Shown here piece after piece: positions 60,203-64,000 of a DNA stretch of 64,000 nt. The position numbers and the translations under genes were made by a program. Within the stretch, counting starts at the first letter, position 1; each line of letters opens with the position of its first letter. Location: NCBI GenBank assembly GCA_905178155.1, contig CAJINV010000004.1:9524625-9588624 (forward strand), given 5' to 3'. Below the pieces are notes generated by a model. That model had not been told where the DNA came from and did no database searches. It was given only the letters and a program-made list of their open reading frames with translations. The stretch comes from Amoebophrya sp. A120 (lineage: Eukaryota > Protista > Dinoflagellata).

Positions 60203-61591
60203 CTACTTACTGCCAATGTTGTTGTCCCTCTTCCACTTCATTTTCTTGACTATTGGCCGGATCGGTTGGAGGTCTCCGCCTTCGCGCCGGACATAATCGC
60301 GGACGCGCTGCACGACCTTCTTGTCTGCAACGTCATACACGATAACGTCGAGGGAATGGCGATCGAAGCCCAAAAACTTCCCGGGCCTCCGGCGCGGGTC
60401 CAACTTCTGCAACTTGTGCACGGGGACGTTGTAAAATATGTCGGCCCCGAACTTCATCAAGCGGGTGGTGTCGAAGTCCTCGCCGTGCGCCTCCTTCCAT
60501 GCGTTGGAGTACTGGAGGCACTTCCGCGGCATGATGCCAAGGCAGAACGTGTAGTGTGTGATCGCGTAGCACCACAGTTCGCGCGGTAGACCCGATTCGG
60601 CCAGCAACGTCCTGGCCCCTGCTAGGGTCAGCTTGTTGGTGACTTCTGCCCCGCCATTCATCGCAGATTCAAAATACGAAGTATGAATCTGGATGATGTT
60701 ATGCGCCCTGCATTCTGCGCGGAATTTTTCAGAAACATATTCCCCGCCATTGTCGGTCTTCAATTTCTTCGGCGCCCTGTTGCGCGCGATCCAGCTACGA
60801 AGCCCTTGTACTGCGTCGGACTTCTTTTTTAGTGGTGTGGAGTCCGGAAGCCGCGTTTTCTTGTCCACCATCACCATGTTGTAGCGGTGGCCATGGATCG
60901 ACGGCGGCAAAATGGGCCCACACAAGTCCGAGCTGACCTCATCGTTGAAAGACAGCTGCTCATGTGGATCATCGCGCTGCCCGCATCGGTGCGGCGACTT
61001 CGCTGCCCGGCTGGTTGCGCAATGTTCGCAGAAGCCTCGGTATGGCAGGATGTGGCTGCTCCGGCAGTGGTCTTCATAGCTATAATTCAGTAAGGTTTTT
61101 TCTTCCTTTTCTACTACTTTTCGGAACAATAAGTAAAATAGGCCATTGGCGAAGCGCCTAATTACTATGTGTTTCTTGCGCTGCCCCGGTAGAAATAGTT
61201 TCGTGTAATCTGAAGAAACCCGAAAGCCTTTATCAATCAATCGCCCGAATGACAAAATATTCATTGGTAGCGATTCATTGTAAATCGCCCGGCTGATTGA
61301 TATCTGTAAATTGTTCGAATGCATTTTCTTTGGCCGACACAGTGGCGCTGACACCGGATCGCCAAAAATGCCTCGAACTGAAACGGACTGATTTGTAAAG
61401 ATTTGGTCTAGCAAATTCGGGTCCTGCAACATGTGCGACGTTGCTCCCCCGTCTAGAATCCAAATAGAAAACAACAGTCGCTCGAGCTCTTCGACCTTTT
61501 CTACCATACTGAAAATATTCTCTATAGAGCTGAAGACCTGCTCTGCAGATGGTGCTTCCATCAGCAGGCTTCGCTTGTAACTTTCGTTCAT
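60203..61591 (-). CDS. Copia pol fragment: aspartic protease + integrase
   Basis: WILDGGATSHM; HCRSSH..CEHC; SDLCGP, TDNGGEY, NGGAE (DDE); KLDPRRRPGKFLGF. Last ~15 aa derive from the flanking duplication. Confidence 0.92.
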   Translation of the reverse strand: MNESYKRSLLMEAPSAEQVFSSIENIFSMVEKVEELERLLFSIWILDGGATSHMLQDPNLLDQIFTNQSVSVRGIFGDPVSAPLCRPKKMHSNNLQISISRAIYNESLPMNILSFGRLIDKGFRVSSDYTKLFLPGQRKKHIVIRRFANGLFYLLFRKVVEKEEKTLLNYSYEDHCRSSHILPYRGFCEHCATSRAAKSPHRCGQRDDPHEQLSFNDEVSSDLCGPILPPSIHGHRYNMVMVDKKTRLPDSTPLKKKSDAVQGLRSWIARNRAPKKLKTDNGGEYVSEKFRAECRAHNIIQIHTSYFESAMNGGAEVTNKLTLAGARTLLAESGLPRELWCYAITHYTFCLGIMPRKCLQYSNAWKEAHGEDFDTTRLMKFGADIFYNVPVHKLQKLDPRRRPGKFLGFDRHSLDVIVYDVADKKVVQRVRDYVRREGGDLQPIRPIVKKMKWKRDNNIGSK

Positions 61592-62057
61592 TTTGTTTTG
61601 AAGTTAGATAGAAAACGAAAACACTATATTGCCAAAATGGCTACTTCAAGTCCATGCATTTGTATTTCTACCTAAAACGTCACTAATTTTTAAATTTAAA
61701 ATTCGGATGTAGTTATGAAAGTAGTGAAAAAACGCAAATTGGCCAGCGTTCCCTCCTACTTTCGTGTCTGTATTTTTTTGCGGTTTTTACGTGCGTGGGA
61801 GTGATTATTTTTCCCCGACGAGAAAAATATGTCTTTCACTTTTAATATGACATGGCGTGCTGTTTTACTCTTATGTATGTACTTGGCAGTGGTTCAACTT
61901 CCACTTCAAATTTTTGTGTACAAGAATAAAAACTGAACTGGCACTACAAAAAATAAATATTGTACAGAAGGGAGTGCAAAATCGAAAATTAATTTTTTTA
62001 AAAAATATTAATATACATAGTCTGATTTGATTTGATTTTGTAAAACCACTGCCGGGT

Positions 62058-63455
62058 TTACATCTCCACCTGCTCGGTGGATGTCGCTCTGGATTGGGAT
62101 CGCGACTGCTGGCGGAACGGCGATTTGTTTCCACCGTTGCCCTTGGACTGGGAGTTTCCGCGGCTAGTGCTGCGGTTTCCGCGGAACGCCTGTCTGCCGC
62201 GGTTCCAATCCCAGGCGCCGTCTTTGTTCCAATGCCAGTCGCGCCCGCTGTTGTTGTTCCGGCCGAACTGACTGTTGTTATTGTACCGCCCGAACTGCTT
62301 CTGGTTGTTGTTCTGCTGTTGCCGTCCGCGCGGCGAGAAGCCCAGAAACACGCTGCTGGAAGAATTAGAGGCGTTTTTCCCGGTAACGTCTGCGATCCTG
62401 TCCGCCAGAATGATTTTCACTGCGCCCTGTACCTTTTTCAGGGTGAAGTCGCCGGCAATTTTCACCAGGATCGCCGTCAGCTGGTGGGGCTCGAGGTCCT
62501 GGAGCAAGGCCTTCAACAAGTTCAGGCCGTCCCGCTCGGCAATCGGGATGTTCTGGATTTTCTTGCGCAGCTTCTCGTATGTGACCAGGTCACTCAGGAG
62601 GTGATCCGGGCGCACGTTGAAGTGGGTGTACTTCAGCCAGTTCGAGAACTTTTCGCTGTTCTTTCCCGGGTAGACCGCTTCCTTCAAAGCAGCCAAGAAC
62701 TCGTCGACGCTGGAGATCGGGATGTCACGGATTTCCGCAAGCAGATCCGCTACCTCGATGTTCTGCTTGAGCTGGTATAAAATCGTCTTGGCCGGCAGCT
62801 CGTGTGCGATTTCCGCGTACTCCTTGACGTCGATTTCGTACGAGTCGATGTCTACCGCGTGGCAGCGGATATCGAACGGTGAATTCCCGATGTCCTTGTC
62901 GTCCTTCAAGACCGGGACCTTGAGCTTGCTCGGGTCCAGTTGCTTCGCCGGGTAAAATCCGGTCAGACGATTCGCCGATGCTCCGGGGGTGTAGATGCTG
63001 TACCGCTCCGGGACGTTGACGTTGTTATCGGGTTCAGACGCGGAATCGTCGGTGTCCTGCTGATTCGTTTTCGCAGGTTTTAATTTCCAGTGGTCCAGGT
63101 TGGCGCCGGCGCTGTTCTCGAGCAGGTCAAAAGCCTGCTGCTTCAGCTCCTTCAAATTCTCCTTGCTCAGCTCGCTCGGGTCTACGCTTCCCTCGGTAGC
63201 CCGGATGTTGTTCGCCACCCTGGCGACAAGTTTCAGAAAGAAATATTCTTCGTTGACCTTCAAGAACTGGCTCTTGTTCTGGTCGTTCACCGCACTGGTG
63301 CCGGCCTTGCGGGTGAAAATTTGCCACACCTGGTCCTTTGATCCGGCCAGGTAGATGTATTTCGCCGCGTTAATTGTGGCGAGGCCACCAATCTTGTTTT
63401 GCGGTGCGCGAGAATTTTCAGGCGGCGCCATCTTTAGTTTTGATGCATATATCAA
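62058..63455 (-). CDS. Gag-like protein of the copia element
   Basis: 465-aa ORF between PBS and pol with basic R/N/Q-rich C-terminus. Assignment is positional; no CCHC knuckle seen. Confidence 0.7.
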   Translation of the reverse strand: MIYASKLKMAPPENSRAPQNKIGGLATINAAKYIYLAGSKDQVWQIFTRKAGTSAVNDQNKSQFLKVNEEYFFLKLVARVANNIRATEGSVDPSELSKENLKELKQQAFDLLENSAGANLDHWKLKPAKTNQQDTDDSASEPDNNVNVPERYSIYTPGASANRLTGFYPAKQLDPSKLKVPVLKDDKDIGNSPFDIRCHAVDIDSYEIDVKEYAEIAHELPAKTILYQLKQNIEVADLLAEIRDIPISSVDEFLAALKEAVYPGKNSEKFSNWLKYTHFNVRPDHLLSDLVTYEKLRKKIQNIPIAERDGLNLLKALLQDLEPHQLTAILVKIAGDFTLKKVQGAVKIILADRIADVTGKNASNSSSSVFLGFSPRGRQQQNNNQKQFGRYNNNSQFGRNNNSGRDWHWNKDGAWDWNRGRQAFRGNRSTSRGNSQSKGNGGNKSPFRQQSRSQSRATSTEQVEM

Positions 63456-63555
63456 CTTGCTCTATTGGGGGGGGGATATCGCAAGGTGTACTCGTGTTCC
63501 GTGTTCTTGGGGTGCATGCAAGAAGTGGCTTACTGTATACGGAGGCTCATAACTC

Positions 63556-63932
63556 TGTTGATCGGTAGATCTTGCCACTTGAACACTTGTGTCTTGCCTT
63601 TACCCGCGGGTGACAAAAAACTTCTTCCTGATTGTTTTGCTCAATCTTGAGCCAACGGCTCACAACAAAATTATACAGGTTGCATCGTGTCTCACATGTT
63701 CCAGGGTCTATCTAGATGTGAATCAACGTAATGAAACCTAGTGGCCGATTGGCAAAAAAAACGGGTAGGCAAAAGTAAAAAAACATTCCCCAAAAAAACG
63801 ACTTCTTCATGCGACTCGGCGATATCAGTACGATGTACACGATTCAGAAAAAAGCTCAACCGAGTAGTCACGACCAAGAAGAAAACTAGATCTTGACCGA
63901 TGAAGATAGGTGTGAACATTCTGTGAACAACA
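63556..63932 (-). repeat. 5' LTR (377 bp), followed by PBS at ~63541-63554
   Basis: Minus strand TGTTGTTCACAG...CGATCAACA, then GAGTTATGAGCCTCC, resembling the copia half-tRNA-Met PBS GGTTATG(G/A)GCCC. Confidence 0.8.
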
Positions 63933-64000
63933 CTACTTACTGCCAATGTTGTTGTCCCTCTTCCACTTCATTTTCTTGACAAAGTTGATGCAAAGGGAAA

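Larger units (their letters stand above)
60251..63932 (-). mobile_element. 3'-truncated Ty1/copia LTR retrotransposon (5' LTR, PBS, gag, PR-IN; no RT/RH or 3' LTR)
   Basis: TGTTG...CAACA LTR, PBS-like sequence, copia protease-integrase order; flanked by an exact 48-bp direct repeat (60203-60250, 63933-63980). Confidence 0.88.

Noticed and set aside
60203-60250. The 48-bp repeats as the element's LTR pair
   Set aside because: They lack TG..CA ends and lie outside the TGTTG..CAACA LTR adjoining the PBS.
1-64000. Dinoflagellate spliced-leader relic (CCGTAGCCATTTTGGCTCAAG)
   Set aside because: No convincing match seen by eye; a degenerate copy could have been missed.

Overview
Eukaryotic, intron-containing genomic DNA. 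All ~17 host genes I can support lie on the + strand. The intron architecture suggests a Syndiniales dinoflagellate such as Amoebophrya (inference, not verifiable here). Recognisable products: ADO/PCO-type thiol dioxygenase (plus a truncated tandem copy), CAP/SCP protein, MIOS-like zinc-ribbon protein, exostosin/GT47 glycosyltransferase, COPI-associated membrane protein, 60S RPL17, MTA/SAH nucleosidase, coiled-coil proteins and a pair of secreted paralogues. The dominant feature is about 37 short elements (119-330 bp, one 748 bp) inserted in coding exons. Nearly all start TAT and end ATA, carry terminal inverted repeats (TIRs), are flanked by a 5-bp direct repeat (DR) and lack GT-AG ends. Wherever I checked, removing the element plus one DR copy restores the reading frame. 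They fall into several TIR families, occur in both orientations and share an internal GCATNACAA motif, so they behave as orientation-independent, transposon-derived non-canonical introns (introners). Also present: a 1.37-kb foldback element with an 8-bp target-site duplication (TSD), a Tourist-like MITE, a CTTCWGAAG array and a one-ended Ty1/copia insertion flanked by a 48-bp duplication. Coordinates were read by eye; gene starts and some intron ends are approximate.
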